Virus record (IMG/VR): IMGVR_UViG_3300045597_000172
Source of the DNA: a virus
Lineage: Duplodnaviria > Heunggongvirae > Uroviricota > Caudoviricetes
Reading direction: 5' to 3' (one strand)
Length of the DNA stretch: 64,000 nt
The notes below the pieces were generated by a model. The model was not told where the DNA came from, ran no database searches, and saw only the letters and a program-made list of their open reading frames with translations. How positions within the stretch are numbered: the stretch's first letter is position 1; each line of letters starts with the position of its first letter. Below are positions 36,001 to 43,906 of the stretch, piece after piece. A program made the position numbers and the translations under genes.

Positions 36001-37334
36001 AAAAACTAGCAACACTAACAGTTAACGGTACAACTCAAGATGTACAAAGCAGTTTATCAACTAGCAACAAAGAAATTTTAACAAACGTAAATAGTTCAAA
36101 AACTGCTAATAATTCAGATCCAACATTTGATATTAACCTAAAAAGTAATCAAACAAACAGCAGTCAAAATCCAGTTGTTTTAACAAAGAGTCTTATTAAA
36201 GATCAAAGTAACAACAACTCCATTTCAAAAACAACTTACGTTTCAAACGATGATCTTTACACTAGCAAAAACACTGCTGCTCAATACAAAAAAGAAAACA
36301 CCTCAAGTACTGTTGGATCCGCACCTGAAGAAGTTGAAACTTATTACGACCAAGATTTAACAAATCCACAAACAGAAACGACTAACGAAACCTCTCCTAC
36401 TTACGTCAAACTCATGGAATACATGAACGCAAACTATAGTAAGACGGTTAGTGCAAAAGCTGGTTATGGTATTAAAAATGATTTGATTTTAAACTACTAT
36501 GGCCGTCATTTAACAAATCAGTCAACTTCTGATACTGATTTTGAAAAAAATAATCTTGCAACGATCTTTAGTACGGATACGGATTTAACCACTGCCAACG
36601 GAAAAACTTCAAGTCAAATTAACGATAATCAACATGAATTACTTGATTATAATGCCGAAGTCAATTCCGTTAACGACTTAATCAACAATGTCAACAATCT
36701 AACTACGAATGCACAAAAGACAAATTATCTTCAATCGAAACTCGGTACAAACGCCGGAAATTCATTTGTCTATAATCTAGCCGGAAAAGAAAACACACTT
36801 GATCAAGCCGTATCAGACATCAACAAGTCAACTGCCTATGTTAACCTTGATGATAAGACAAAATCATTCATCAATACCGTTGACACCGACACAAATTCAA
36901 AACCGATTGCGCCAAAACTATATAGTATGAATTACCGTTTCAACAAACGACTATTATCATACGAAAATAGTAACAGTAACGGTGTTGAATATTATGACCG
37001 AAACAGTTCACATGTAGCTCAAAACGATGACCAACTAATGAATAAAACCGATCCAATCAGTAGCACAACTGATGGCGGATACAAATTTTATACCAACCAA
37101 TGGTTAAAAATTGGAACATATCCGACACACTACACAAGTAACGAATTTGGAACTAACAATTTCAAATTAAAAGCTGATCGCGATCTAAACATTTATGGCC
37201 GACGTTATCTAACACGTTCTGATACTAAAAATGATGGAGATAAATATGATGACCTATCAATTCAACCTGTCATTTCGAAAAATAGTAACGGAACCGGAAC
37301 TACTATGCCTGACGGTGAATGGAGTAATAAATAA
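33063..37334 (+). CDS. large secreted adhesin-like protein with four MucBP-like repeats (1423 aa); possible phage receptor-binding/adhesion protein or host-surface adhesin
   Basis: Signal peptide MNKKIIAKKVSITILITILGLTNMSDVFLL. Four alternating repeats of about 70 aa between roughly nt 34380 and 35290: TV(K/T)VKYVD..GN.L.......GYYGL.Y and ...NY.T......GWHL...PTN..GT......V.YIYDRDPE. Asn/Thr/Ser-rich. No LPXTG at the C-terminus. Confidence 0.65.
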   Translation: MNKKIIAKKVSITILITILGLTNMSDVFLLKNNIIHADPTNWTQTANNVNATNKNLIDNAVTNSKKTENTNLIQDQTQTIDATSSNLNDIENQVKNSNNNMISEINSDTEKQKAINEKNEQIEKDNNSKKQSYEAALTNYNNELAAYKKNLQDQGLNDGIDPSTFNQQLQFTQDDRNNTEPKVSVQLLSGAVNYKKLISNGYGTSNFPWSNSHEAEQIYAKNSNAKSINGDFAKITWDGVYGYSYNGIQIKKIVETFSDWKLAATKHVSGPRGITVYQNPNENFWYLNGSDTTTNYQFYDENGNLINFEPNNAYVAVGSLDRAYYAYDFGSHTYNTNIVANQIEEVQLLSAGTGIQLTNSTISNHDGNNMFSDKDNVQIQYQNGGLTEYGAFNVTGGNIKLHYHTNMTNEAPNASTLTSFATIFPLSSAPKKPTSPTYTPTDPTVTDIHYHYTNINLKLTVTTNYLQNNDSKKQEDGSKLADSTTQSGDSNSNYSTSKKDFTGWHLTSTPTNASGTLTNYDVTVNYIYDRDPETVKVKYVDEETGNDISNPTTLNGYYGLSYTSSPKSITGWTLSKTPNNTSGTYSKSNADIIYQYKRNTETVTANYLANNDINKNEFGQKLADSVTQKGGFGTNYTTSAKDILGWHLLGIPTNQNGTYQESNPDVNYIYDRDPETVTVKYVDTKGNTLAKSNTLIGYYGLDYQTYPASIDNYHLTAIPTNATGKYSNGPITVTYIYDVDPDIKEGLSNDAINSKNYDTAISNTSQNVQYNNVYHYVDKITVGGSMNLTDLKIQTNLPSDVNPIVNGGDINNQNIKVYVREDDGSLTNVTSQGTLAYQVNNKDVTSDNNKNVAIDTDKTRTLTWTPKTPSAFTGKQIITDIPVNLQPDAAKLKSYKSDNGINIKHTTQLIESNDLPSSGEIKTDTTSQKTYTSNNTTIQLPNIYTLKFYKSEFQTNDTINGKVWLKLYPNLVGQEDTGNKKLATLTVNGTTQDVQSSLSTSNKEILTNVNSSKTANNSDPTFDINLKSNQTNSSQNPVVLTKSLIKDQSNNNSISKTTYVSNDDLYTSKNTAAQYKKENTSSTVGSAPEEVETYYDQDLTNPQTETTNETSPTYVKLMEYMNANYSKTVSAKAGYGIKNDLILNYYGRHLTNQSTSDTDFEKNNLATIFSTDTDLTTANGKTSSQINDNQHELLDYNAEVNSVNDLINNVNNLTTNAQKTNYLQSKLGTNAGNSFVYNLAGKENTLDQAVSDINKSTAYVNLDDKTKSFINTVDTDTNSKPIAPKLYSMNYRFNKRLLSYENSNSNGVEYYDRNSSHVAQNDDQLMNKTDPISSTTDGGYKFYTNQWLKIGTYPTHYTSNEFGTNNFKLKADRDLNIYGRRYLTRSDTKNDGDKYDDLSIQPVISKNSNGTGTTMPDGEWSNK

Positions 37335-37340
37335 CACAAA

Positions 37341-37370
37341 AAACCCGCATTTAACGATGCGGGTTTTTTT
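37341..37370 (+). terminator. rho-independent terminator
   Basis: cccgcat-ttaacg-atgcggg followed by ttttttt. Confidence 0.7.
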
Positions 37371-37515
37371 ATAACTATATAAAAAAAATATGCACAATTT
37401 AATCAAATACCATTGCATTTGTGAAATTTATAAGATAAAATAAAGTTCGTAAGTAATGTGTGCACACACCATATCGTTACATACATCATTCCAAAATAAA
37501 GGAAGTGTTTCAAAT

Positions 37516-37698
37516 ATGCCAGAAGCAATGGGTAATATCTCTTGGTCGACATACGCATTAGTAATTGCTGCCGTTATCTTAGGAGTTGTGCTAATTTCGT
37601 TCCCAGAAATTACAAAATCAATCATGTCATTCTTACAGACAATGATCACTACCGCGGGCGGTAAAATTACCGACACGTTAGCAAAATCAGCATCATAA
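37516..37698 (+). CDS. small hydrophobic protein (60 aa); candidate Flp-type major pilin
   Basis: RBS aaaggaagtgtttcaaat-ATG. MPEAMG-NISWSTYALVIAAVILGVVLI resembles the Flp G/xxxxEYxLIAALIAV pattern with TY in place of EY. Has its own downstream hairpin and T-tract. Precedes a Tad-like operon. Confidence 0.4.
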   Translation: MPEAMGNISWSTYALVIAAVILGVVLISFPEITKSIMSFLQTMITTAGGKITDTLAKSAS

Positions 37699-37797
37699 TA
37701 GCAATAATACAAGTCGATAACGCCGGGAAGATTGAAAAATCGACCCGGTTTTCTTTTTAAAATAAGTAGTAACTCTACAATGTAAGGATGTGAATAC

Positions 37798-38244
37798 ATG
37801 CTATCCGGAAAACTTTATACACTAGGTTTAGTTATGTTTTCAGTCTTTTGCAGTCTTCTAATTGCAATCTATTCAATCATGGAATTCACACAACAAAGAC
37901 TCCAAGGTTCACTTCAAACCGTTACCGAAGAAGCTATCTATGACGCACGGTACGATAACGCACGAAGCACTAATAAAGTTTTTGTACTAGATAAAACAGT
38001 CTTTGAACAAGACCTGATCCATAGCAATATCAAAAGTATTTCCAACGATTCAAGTTTAAAATTAGAATACATGCACGATGATAGTACCGCGGCAAAATCA
38101 CTAAACTTAACAGATTCCCGCATCCCTATCAAAGCAGTTAGAGTAACCGTAGTTGATGGAACAAACGATCACTTAAACAAAACAATTACTTACATCATCA
38201 ACTCAAATTCAAAAACTAAAGACGATGACTTATCAAATAACTAA
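37798..38244 (+). CDS. N-terminally membrane-anchored protein (148 aa); candidate TadE/F-like pseudopilin
   Basis: N-terminal TM helix LYTLGLVMFSVFCSLLIAIYSIM followed by a soluble domain. First gene of the operon containing the secretion ATPase. Confidence 0.35.
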   Translation: MLSGKLYTLGLVMFSVFCSLLIAIYSIMEFTQQRLQGSLQTVTEEAIYDARYDNARSTNKVFVLDKTVFEQDLIHSNIKSISNDSSLKLEYMHDDSTAAKSLNLTDSRIPIKAVRVTVVDGTNDHLNKTITYIINSNSKTKDDDLSNN

Positions 38245-38260
38245 TAAAAAAGGTGAACTT

Positions 38261-39691
38261 ATGGAAAATACAGAAAAAACAAACACTCCAATTACCAAAA
38301 CAGAAAATACCGCAACAAAATTTCACCCCTTTCACGACGACGGTGAAACTGATAAAATCTACAAAATCATCAGTGAACTTTTTGCAGACGAACTAACTGA
38401 AGCACTCTTACCAAAAGGCGATACAAAAAAGATTGTTGAAATTCTACAAACTCGAAAAGAATTTGAAGACTGCACAACTCACGACAATCCGCAACGGGCA
38501 CGTGAGATTGCAACTGATATTGCTGGTTTAGGTGTAATTGAAACTATCATTAAAAAATACAATCATGAAAATATCCAAGATATTGGTTACAACAGTAATC
38601 ACATTTTGACCATTGATACAGCCGAACATAAATTCGTATATACCGAAAAAAACTTTGATCCGCATATCAATACGCAATACATGTTAGGTTTGATTAATCG
38701 GTTAGCGCAGCATGAAGCCCCTTCCGGAAAACAATTCGTAGCTGACTCTCCGATTTATAATGGATCTGCTCATATTGGTGACGGTGACGACCGTATTTAT
38801 CTCCGTATTTCAGCAACACATACAAGTCTCGCACCAACTGGACCAACATTAAGTATACGTGTCTCAAAATCGCACCTAGCATTGACTAAAGAGAACTTCA
38901 ATAACATTGCACCCATGATGATCTACAATCTGTTACACGTCTTTATCGCGGCACACACGAGTATTGTGATTTCTGCCGAAACTGGAGCCGGAAAAACAGA
39001 ACTTCAAAAACTGTTACTTGGATTTGTACCATTTGATGAACGAATTGTTTTAATTGAAGATACAAACGAAATGCATTTGACCACCCTTTATCCAAAAAAA
39101 GATATTTTTTCATGGGTAAGTGATCCGTTACTAACTATAAATCATAAACCTGTTAACACCACTACATTAATCGAACAATCACTTCGTACAAACCCAAAAT
39201 GGTTAATCGTTGCAGAATCTCGTGGTGATGAAGCATACGAATTAATCAGTGGTGCTAGATCAGGTCACCCAATCATCACAACGCTACATGCTACATCAAA
39301 CGCAGCAGTACCCGGACGATTAATTGGGATGTCAGCAATGGGCTACAAATTCAACGAAGAAATGTTAGACCGTGATATTTTAAACTATATCAATATCGGA
39401 ATTCATTTAAACTTAAAATCCAATTATCATGGTCGAAAATTACGGTACATTGACCAAATCGTTGAATACGTACCACGCTCCGAAAAATACCCAGATGGAA
39501 TCAATATACTATTTCAACAACACATCGACAAAAATGGTTACCGCACATACTGGATAAACGAAGCCACTGACAAACTAAAAGATCATATTTACCGTGAACT
39601 TGATGAAAAGCTGAAATATCCAACAATTCAAAAAGACTCACCAAAAAAAGAAAAACTCTTTGAATTCAAGTCTGAAACGGGTGAACAATAA
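38261..39691 (+). CDS. VirB11/CpaF/TadA-family secretion (type IV pilus/T4SS-type) ATPase
   Basis: Walker A ISAETGAGKTELQKL. Asp box RIVLIEDTNEMH. Walker B/Glu box WLIVAESRGDEAYEL. His box SGHPIITTLHATS. ATG at 38261 preferred over track start 38225 because of the aaaaaggtgaactt RBS. Confidence 0.7.
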   Translation: MENTEKTNTPITKTENTATKFHPFHDDGETDKIYKIISELFADELTEALLPKGDTKKIVEILQTRKEFEDCTTHDNPQRAREIATDIAGLGVIETIIKKYNHENIQDIGYNSNHILTIDTAEHKFVYTEKNFDPHINTQYMLGLINRLAQHEAPSGKQFVADSPIYNGSAHIGDGDDRIYLRISATHTSLAPTGPTLSIRVSKSHLALTKENFNNIAPMMIYNLLHVFIAAHTSIVISAETGAGKTELQKLLLGFVPFDERIVLIEDTNEMHLTTLYPKKDIFSWVSDPLLTINHKPVNTTTLIEQSLRTNPKWLIVAESRGDEAYELISGARSGHPIITTLHATSNAAVPGRLIGMSAMGYKFNEEMLDRDILNYINIGIHLNLKSNYHGRKLRYIDQIVEYVPRSEKYPDGINILFQQHIDKNGYRTYWINEATDKLKDHIYRELDEKLKYPTIQKDSPKKEKLFEFKSETGEQ

Positions 39692-40515
39692 TGGCAAAAA
39701 ACAAAAAGATTAAAACTCGAAAAAAAAGATACACCATCAAAGACCTTGATGCGATGGAAGAACTTTACGGTTCACATTTTACAAAAACCACACTTGCACG
39801 AAATTTTCTAACGTACAGTATTGCATCAATTGCTTTCTCCTACGTCCTATATGCAAGTATTCCAATCGTCATCATTTACGTAATACTAAGTTGCCTGTAC
39901 GTTTACTACAACATTATTCCAAACAATGTACGGATGAATTATGAAATGAAAGCTCATGCCGAACGAAATCGTAGTATTAATATCGTAACCCAAAGTTTAT
40001 CGTCTGGACATACATCAATTAAAAACGCCATCAGCATGGCAATTAAAAACTCTAACGGTGAATTTCGCAAAGATCTTAAATTACTATATGCCAAGATCTT
40101 GAGTGATACCACATTCGAAGCAACTCATGACGCATTTACAAAACTAAAAACTAAATATCCTGACGATATCTACTTTGGACTATTCCTAGAACAACTTGAA
40201 GTTGGACTTAACAAATCTCATCCAGATCTAAGAACCCTCATGATCGTGAGAAAATCACACAATTACGAATACAATCGAATTAAAGTCTTTCGTTCCGCAA
40301 AAAGACAAGCGATGCGTGACATGATTAAAATGTTAAGCTTAACATTCGTCGTTTGCTGTACCGTTGCATTTATGTTTGGATATCAAAAGTTTTTAACTAT
40401 GTACGCTCATAACTTAGTCGGAATGGCAATTTCAACATTATTCATGTTCGTACTATTCATGATTATCAAAAAATTCATGAAAATGTATCAAGACACTGCC
40501 ATTAATTCGATCTAA
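39691..40515 (+). CDS. TadB/TadC-like (GspF-family) inner-membrane platform protein
   Basis: 274 aa. TM helices near the N-terminus (IASIAFSYVLYASIPIVIIYVILSCLYVYY) and C-terminus (LSLTFVVCCTVAFMFGY, VGMAISTLFMFVLFMII) with a cytoplasmic domain between. Translationally coupled (ATAATGG) to the ATPase. Confidence 0.5.
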   Translation: MAKNKKIKTRKKRYTIKDLDAMEELYGSHFTKTTLARNFLTYSIASIAFSYVLYASIPIVIIYVILSCLYVYYNIIPNNVRMNYEMKAHAERNRSINIVTQSLSSGHTSIKNAISMAIKNSNGEFRKDLKLLYAKILSDTTFEATHDAFTKLKTKYPDDIYFGLFLEQLEVGLNKSHPDLRTLMIVRKSHNYEYNRIKVFRSAKRQAMRDMIKMLSLTFVVCCTVAFMFGYQKFLTMYAHNLVGMAISTLFMFVLFMIIKKFMKMYQDTAINSI

Positions 40516-40532
40516 GAAAGGAGCACACTTAA

Positions 40533-41387
40533 ATGTTTAACAAACAAAAATCAAAAAACACTACTGAAAAAAAGAGAACAACCAACGTTACCGCGGAAGA
40601 CTTTGATGTTCAAACCATGCGATTAAATCTTGTTCGTGAAGAATTAACATTTCCAGCCAGTTTAATTGGTGATGGCGAACTAAGACTCATGCTCAAAATG
40701 GATACTAAAACACGAGTAATCAAAGGTATCATGGGTAACAGATTCCGTGTCGCAATCGCGGCCGTACTATTTGGACTAATTTTTGGAATGATTTCCAAGA
40801 AGTATTTTATTTTAATGTTGTTCCTAGGAATTTTGATAGCTGCCGTTTCGTGGAATGATAGTATTAAAAAAACAAAAAAATACTACCAAATCTATTCGAT
40901 AAATCGTCAAGTTGCATTTACTGAATTTACTAAAATTGCCGGCGCACTTCTTCCTGAATTAGATAACGGAAAAAACCTCCTATCAATCTTTGAAGAAGTC
41001 AGCAAACATATGGACAATGAAAACGATCGTAAAGCATTGAAACAGTTAATGACACACATGCAGAGTAATAACGAAAGCAGTCAGCCATTTCTTGATTTCG
41101 CCCATCAATTTTCCACCAGTGACCGTGCAGAACTAACCATGCTATACATGCACCAAATGTACCTTGGAAACACGGATACAAGCGGAATCCAATCACTGAT
41201 CAACGATTCAAACGAAGATTACCAAGCACAAACTGAAAAAATAATTACGACCAAAATAAAAAGATTTTACAGCACCGCTACAAAGATCGCAATGAGTGTT
41301 TCAATCGTCGTTTTCGGATATTTCGGCATTTACATTGTCAACATGTTCCAGCACATCTTTAAAATCATGTCCAACGTTAAATTCTAA
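40533..41387 (+). CDS. second TadB/TadC-like membrane platform protein
   Basis: 284 aa with the same TM/cytoplasmic/TM architecture (VAIAAVLFGLIFGMI, ILMLFLGILIAAVSW, IAMSVSIVVFGYFGIYIV). RBS gaaaggagcacactta-ATG. Confidence 0.5.
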   Translation: MFNKQKSKNTTEKKRTTNVTAEDFDVQTMRLNLVREELTFPASLIGDGELRLMLKMDTKTRVIKGIMGNRFRVAIAAVLFGLIFGMISKKYFILMLFLGILIAAVSWNDSIKKTKKYYQIYSINRQVAFTEFTKIAGALLPELDNGKNLLSIFEEVSKHMDNENDRKALKQLMTHMQSNNESSQPFLDFAHQFSTSDRAELTMLYMHQMYLGNTDTSGIQSLINDSNEDYQAQTEKIITTKIKRFYSTATKIAMSVSIVVFGYFGIYIVNMFQHIFKIMSNVKF

Positions 41388-41407
41388 AATAACCGAGGTG
41401 AATAATT

Positions 41408-41776
41408 ATGGACGACGTCAGTATTGGACAACTCATGCATTACCTAACGCTTGGATTATGGATTAGCCTCATTCTATTCATTCTTTGTTATCCAATGTAT
41501 TCAGTTGCACAATTAGTATCATTTCAACAATCATCAGCAACAATTCTATCACGATACGGTGGCGTAACCGCCGATGCCAAAAAAACAGTTAATACCATTG
41601 GGGAAACATATTACAGTAATAAATTCAGTATCGTAGATACCCCAAGCGACAAAACAAGCAATTACGGAGGAAACATTCCATACACAATTCATGTAAGAAT
41701 CCCCGTAATCAGTAACTTAGTCGAAACAAATATCCAAGCCAACACTGAATCAGACGTACGTAACGAAAACAATTAA
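41408..41776 (+). CDS. N-terminally anchored small protein (122 aa); pseudopilin-like, paralog of 41962..42336
   Basis: N-terminal TM helix LTLGLWISLILFILCYPMY. Shares a C-terminal motif Y-[TI]-I-x-V-[RH]-IP-[VL]-I with the 41962 product. Confidence 0.4.
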   Translation: MDDVSIGQLMHYLTLGLWISLILFILCYPMYSVAQLVSFQQSSATILSRYGGVTADAKKTVNTIGETYYSNKFSIVDTPSDKTSNYGGNIPYTIHVRIPVISNLVETNIQANTESDVRNENN

Positions 41777-41796
41777 AAAAAGAAAGATGTGATCAT

Positions 41797-41946
41797 ATGA
41801 AACGCGGTTTTTCAGAATTAGTATTCACAGTTCCCGGAGCGGCATTTATCGCAATGATAATCATTATAATCGCGGCATTTATTTCTCCCAATATGCTTCA
41901 AACAATGTGGTTACTTCTCGTGAATAACAATGGAATCACATTCTAA
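41797..41946 (+). CDS. 49-aa prepilin-like mini-protein (class III signal-like KRGF/SE motif)
   Basis: Not in the ORF track. MKRGFSELVFTVPGAAFIAMIIIIIAAFISPNML. The K-R-G-F-S-E pattern resembles the (K/R)G-F-T-L-[IV]-E prepilin peptidase site, followed by a hydrophobic helix. Confidence 0.4.
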   Translation: MKRGFSELVFTVPGAAFIAMIIIIIAAFISPNMLQTMWLLLVNNNGITF

Positions 41947-41961
41947 GGCGGTGATTAAATA

Positions 41962-42336
41962 ATGGCCCATTTTCCATTTGAAGAACTAATTCGTTGGTTA
42001 TTCATGAGTCTATGTATTGCGTTTTTTATAAATATTTGTGCAATCAGTTTTAACGTAATGCAAATCAATAACTACGAAAAAAATATCGACAATTACATTG
42101 AGAACAACGGAAAACTAGACAGTGCATATATTAACAACAATATTTCACCCAAATTCAACAATTATTTTACCGTAAAGCCCAAATCTACAAACGATGAACA
42201 ACCTCACGACTTTGGTAAAAGTGTTGATTACATCATAACTGTTCATATCCCGCTCATTGCATTTGCAAGCAAAAATGAATCACTTGGAATCAACACCACA
42301 TATTCTGGTTTCAGTACTTCAAAAATTTCAAACTAA
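41962..42336 (+). CDS. N-terminally anchored small protein (124 aa); pseudopilin-like paralog
   Basis: N-terminal TM helix LIRWLFMSLCIAFFINICAISF. C-terminal YIITVHIPLIAF motif shared with 41408. Confidence 0.4.
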   Translation: MAHFPFEELIRWLFMSLCIAFFINICAISFNVMQINNYEKNIDNYIENNGKLDSAYINNNISPKFNNYFTVKPKSTNDEQPHDFGKSVDYIITVHIPLIAFASKNESLGINTTYSGFSTSKISN

Positions 42337-42337
42337 A

Positions 42338-42359
42338 AGACACCTCGGTGTCTTTTTTA
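42338..42359 (+). terminator. rho-independent terminator
   Basis: agacac-ctcg-gtgtct followed by tttttt. Confidence 0.65.
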
Positions 42360-42400
42360 TTAACCCTTAAAATATAACGACCCGTTTATATTCCAAATAA

Positions 42401-42422
42401 AAGCGCCAAAGGCGCTTTTTTT
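42401..42422 (+). terminator. rho-independent terminator, GGCGCC-stem family variant
   Basis: aagcgcc-aaa-ggcgctt followed by ttttttt. Confidence 0.6.
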
Positions 42423-42460
42423 ATAAAACGTTCGTACAAAAAATCAAAGGAAGCGATAAT

Positions 42461-42652
42461 TTGAAAAACGTGTACATCCTAACAAATCATGAAACTGTAA
42501 AAAATTACGTTAAATCATTCAATCCACAAAATGGTTATATGAAATTCACAACAGAAAAACAACTCGCTGCAAAGGTGCAACCCCAAAATGCCCTTAAAAT
42601 CAAGGCAATGTTAGATCATAACAAATTGCATGCCACAATCGCACCTGCATAA
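42461..42652 (+). CDS. hypothetical protein (TTG start)
   Basis: aaggaag RBS. 63 aa. Confidence 0.3.
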   Translation: MKNVYILTNHETVKNYVKSFNPQNGYMKFTTEKQLAAKVQPQNALKIKAMLDHNKLHATIAPA

Positions 42653-42667
42653 AAAGGACTTGACTAT

Positions 42668-43027
42668 ATGAAATCAAAAATAAATCTTATAATTTCAGAA
42701 ACACCTGTTAACGATAAACGTTTCCCAAATTCAAGCATTATTGACACCAATTTCGTAGACAATCTTCACGACAACATTAGAATCTACCGTGTAAATAATA
42801 CCTTTACAGACGATGGTTATTTCAATGATGAATTATCCACCACTACACTTTCTAAATCTGAGCAATCGAAAATCATTGATCTTGCAACATCCCTATTTGG
42901 ATGTGAATTCAATGGAACCGAAATAACATGTACCACAACTGATTATGACAATGGACTCGCAAGAATCATTCAATGCTGTACTACTATCACTGCATTAACA
43001 ACATACACACTCGCAAAGGAGAATTAA
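42668..43027 (+). CDS. hypothetical protein
   Basis: ORF of 119 aa with several Cys. Confidence 0.35.
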   Translation: MKSKINLIISETPVNDKRFPNSSIIDTNFVDNLHDNIRIYRVNNTFTDDGYFNDELSTTTLSKSEQSKIIDLATSLFGCEFNGTEITCTTTDYDNGLARIIQCCTTITALTTYTLAKEN

Positions 43028-43030
43028 AAA

Positions 43031-43426
43031 ATGTCAATTTCATCTAACTTAAATCGTGATTCAAAAACTCGTGATCAAATAATCTTTGGCCAAGACGTAA
43101 CTAATACTTCATACGATATAAAGAACTTCGAAAATCTCTCGTTGAGTAAACTAAAAGAATTATTCAATAAAAACTTTATTGCAGACGGAGATTACCAAAA
43201 CGATTCTCCCACCGCAAAAGAATTTTTAGATTTTCTCAAAGAAAACCCCAACTTTACCGCAAATGGATATGTCGTATCAATAAAACGTGCCGATTATCGT
43301 ACAACCATAACCGGTGTAAACCACGACAAAACACCACTATCCAACGAAGAACTAATCAATTTTAGTAATATGTTTCATGACGCTGACGAATTCGATATCC
43401 AGAAAGGATATGCTTGGTATGATTAA
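43031..43426 (+). CDS. hypothetical protein
   Basis: ORF of 131 aa, translationally coupled to the next gene. Confidence 0.35.
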   Translation: MSISSNLNRDSKTRDQIIFGQDVTNTSYDIKNFENLSLSKLKELFNKNFIADGDYQNDSPTAKEFLDFLKENPNFTANGYVVSIKRADYRTTITGVNHDKTPLSNEELINFSNMFHDADEFDIQKGYAWYD

Positions 43427-43640
43427 CAATTCAGATGAACAAAAACTGTTAATAGAAAAAAGAGACAAACTTATTAAAGAACGAGATCAGTTAATTAACA
43501 ACATAAAAGATCAAGAAAGGAAAATGCAAAATGTCAACCATCAAATAAGAACTGCAAAGATAAAAATAGCAGTTGGATGCTTATTACTATTAGCATTAAT
43601 AATGGTAAACATATTTGCATTAGTAGAATTAAATAAATAA
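43419..43640 (+). CDS. coiled-coil protein with C-terminal TM anchor (73 aa)
   Basis: ATGA overlap with the upstream stop. agaaagga RBS. KIKIAVGCLLLLALIMVNIFALV C-terminal TM helix. Track start 43377 is rejected. Confidence 0.35.
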   Translation: MINNSDEQKLLIEKRDKLIKERDQLINNIKDQERKMQNVNHQIRTAKIKIAVGCLLLLALIMVNIFALVELNK

Positions 43641-43641
43641 T

Positions 43642-43887
43642 ATGACTAATAAAAACCAACCTCATAATTCAACTTGCCCATACTGTACTTTCGACATGCA
43701 TAAGACAGTCTTTGGATTGCATCTCGCAAAATCAATCGGTAACGGATTGGGATTAGCAGCATCATACGACGGATCTGATTGTAACATCTTATTAGTACAT
43801 ACCGAAGATGAAAACCAGACAGTCAGTTGCAGTGGTAATAACGTAAAACTTAAAGCTTGCCCAGTCTGTCAACGAAAATTCAAATAA
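43642..43887 (+). CDS. zinc-ribbon protein, paralog of 57663..57959
   Basis: CPYCTFD...CPVCQRKF. Shares CPYC.FD......G..LA...GN..GLA with the 57663 product. Confidence 0.4.
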   Translation: MTNKNQPHNSTCPYCTFDMHKTVFGLHLAKSIGNGLGLAASYDGSDCNILLVHTEDENQTVSCSGNNVKLKACPVCQRKFK

Positions 43888-43906
43888 CAAACGAAAGGAC
43901 TATACA

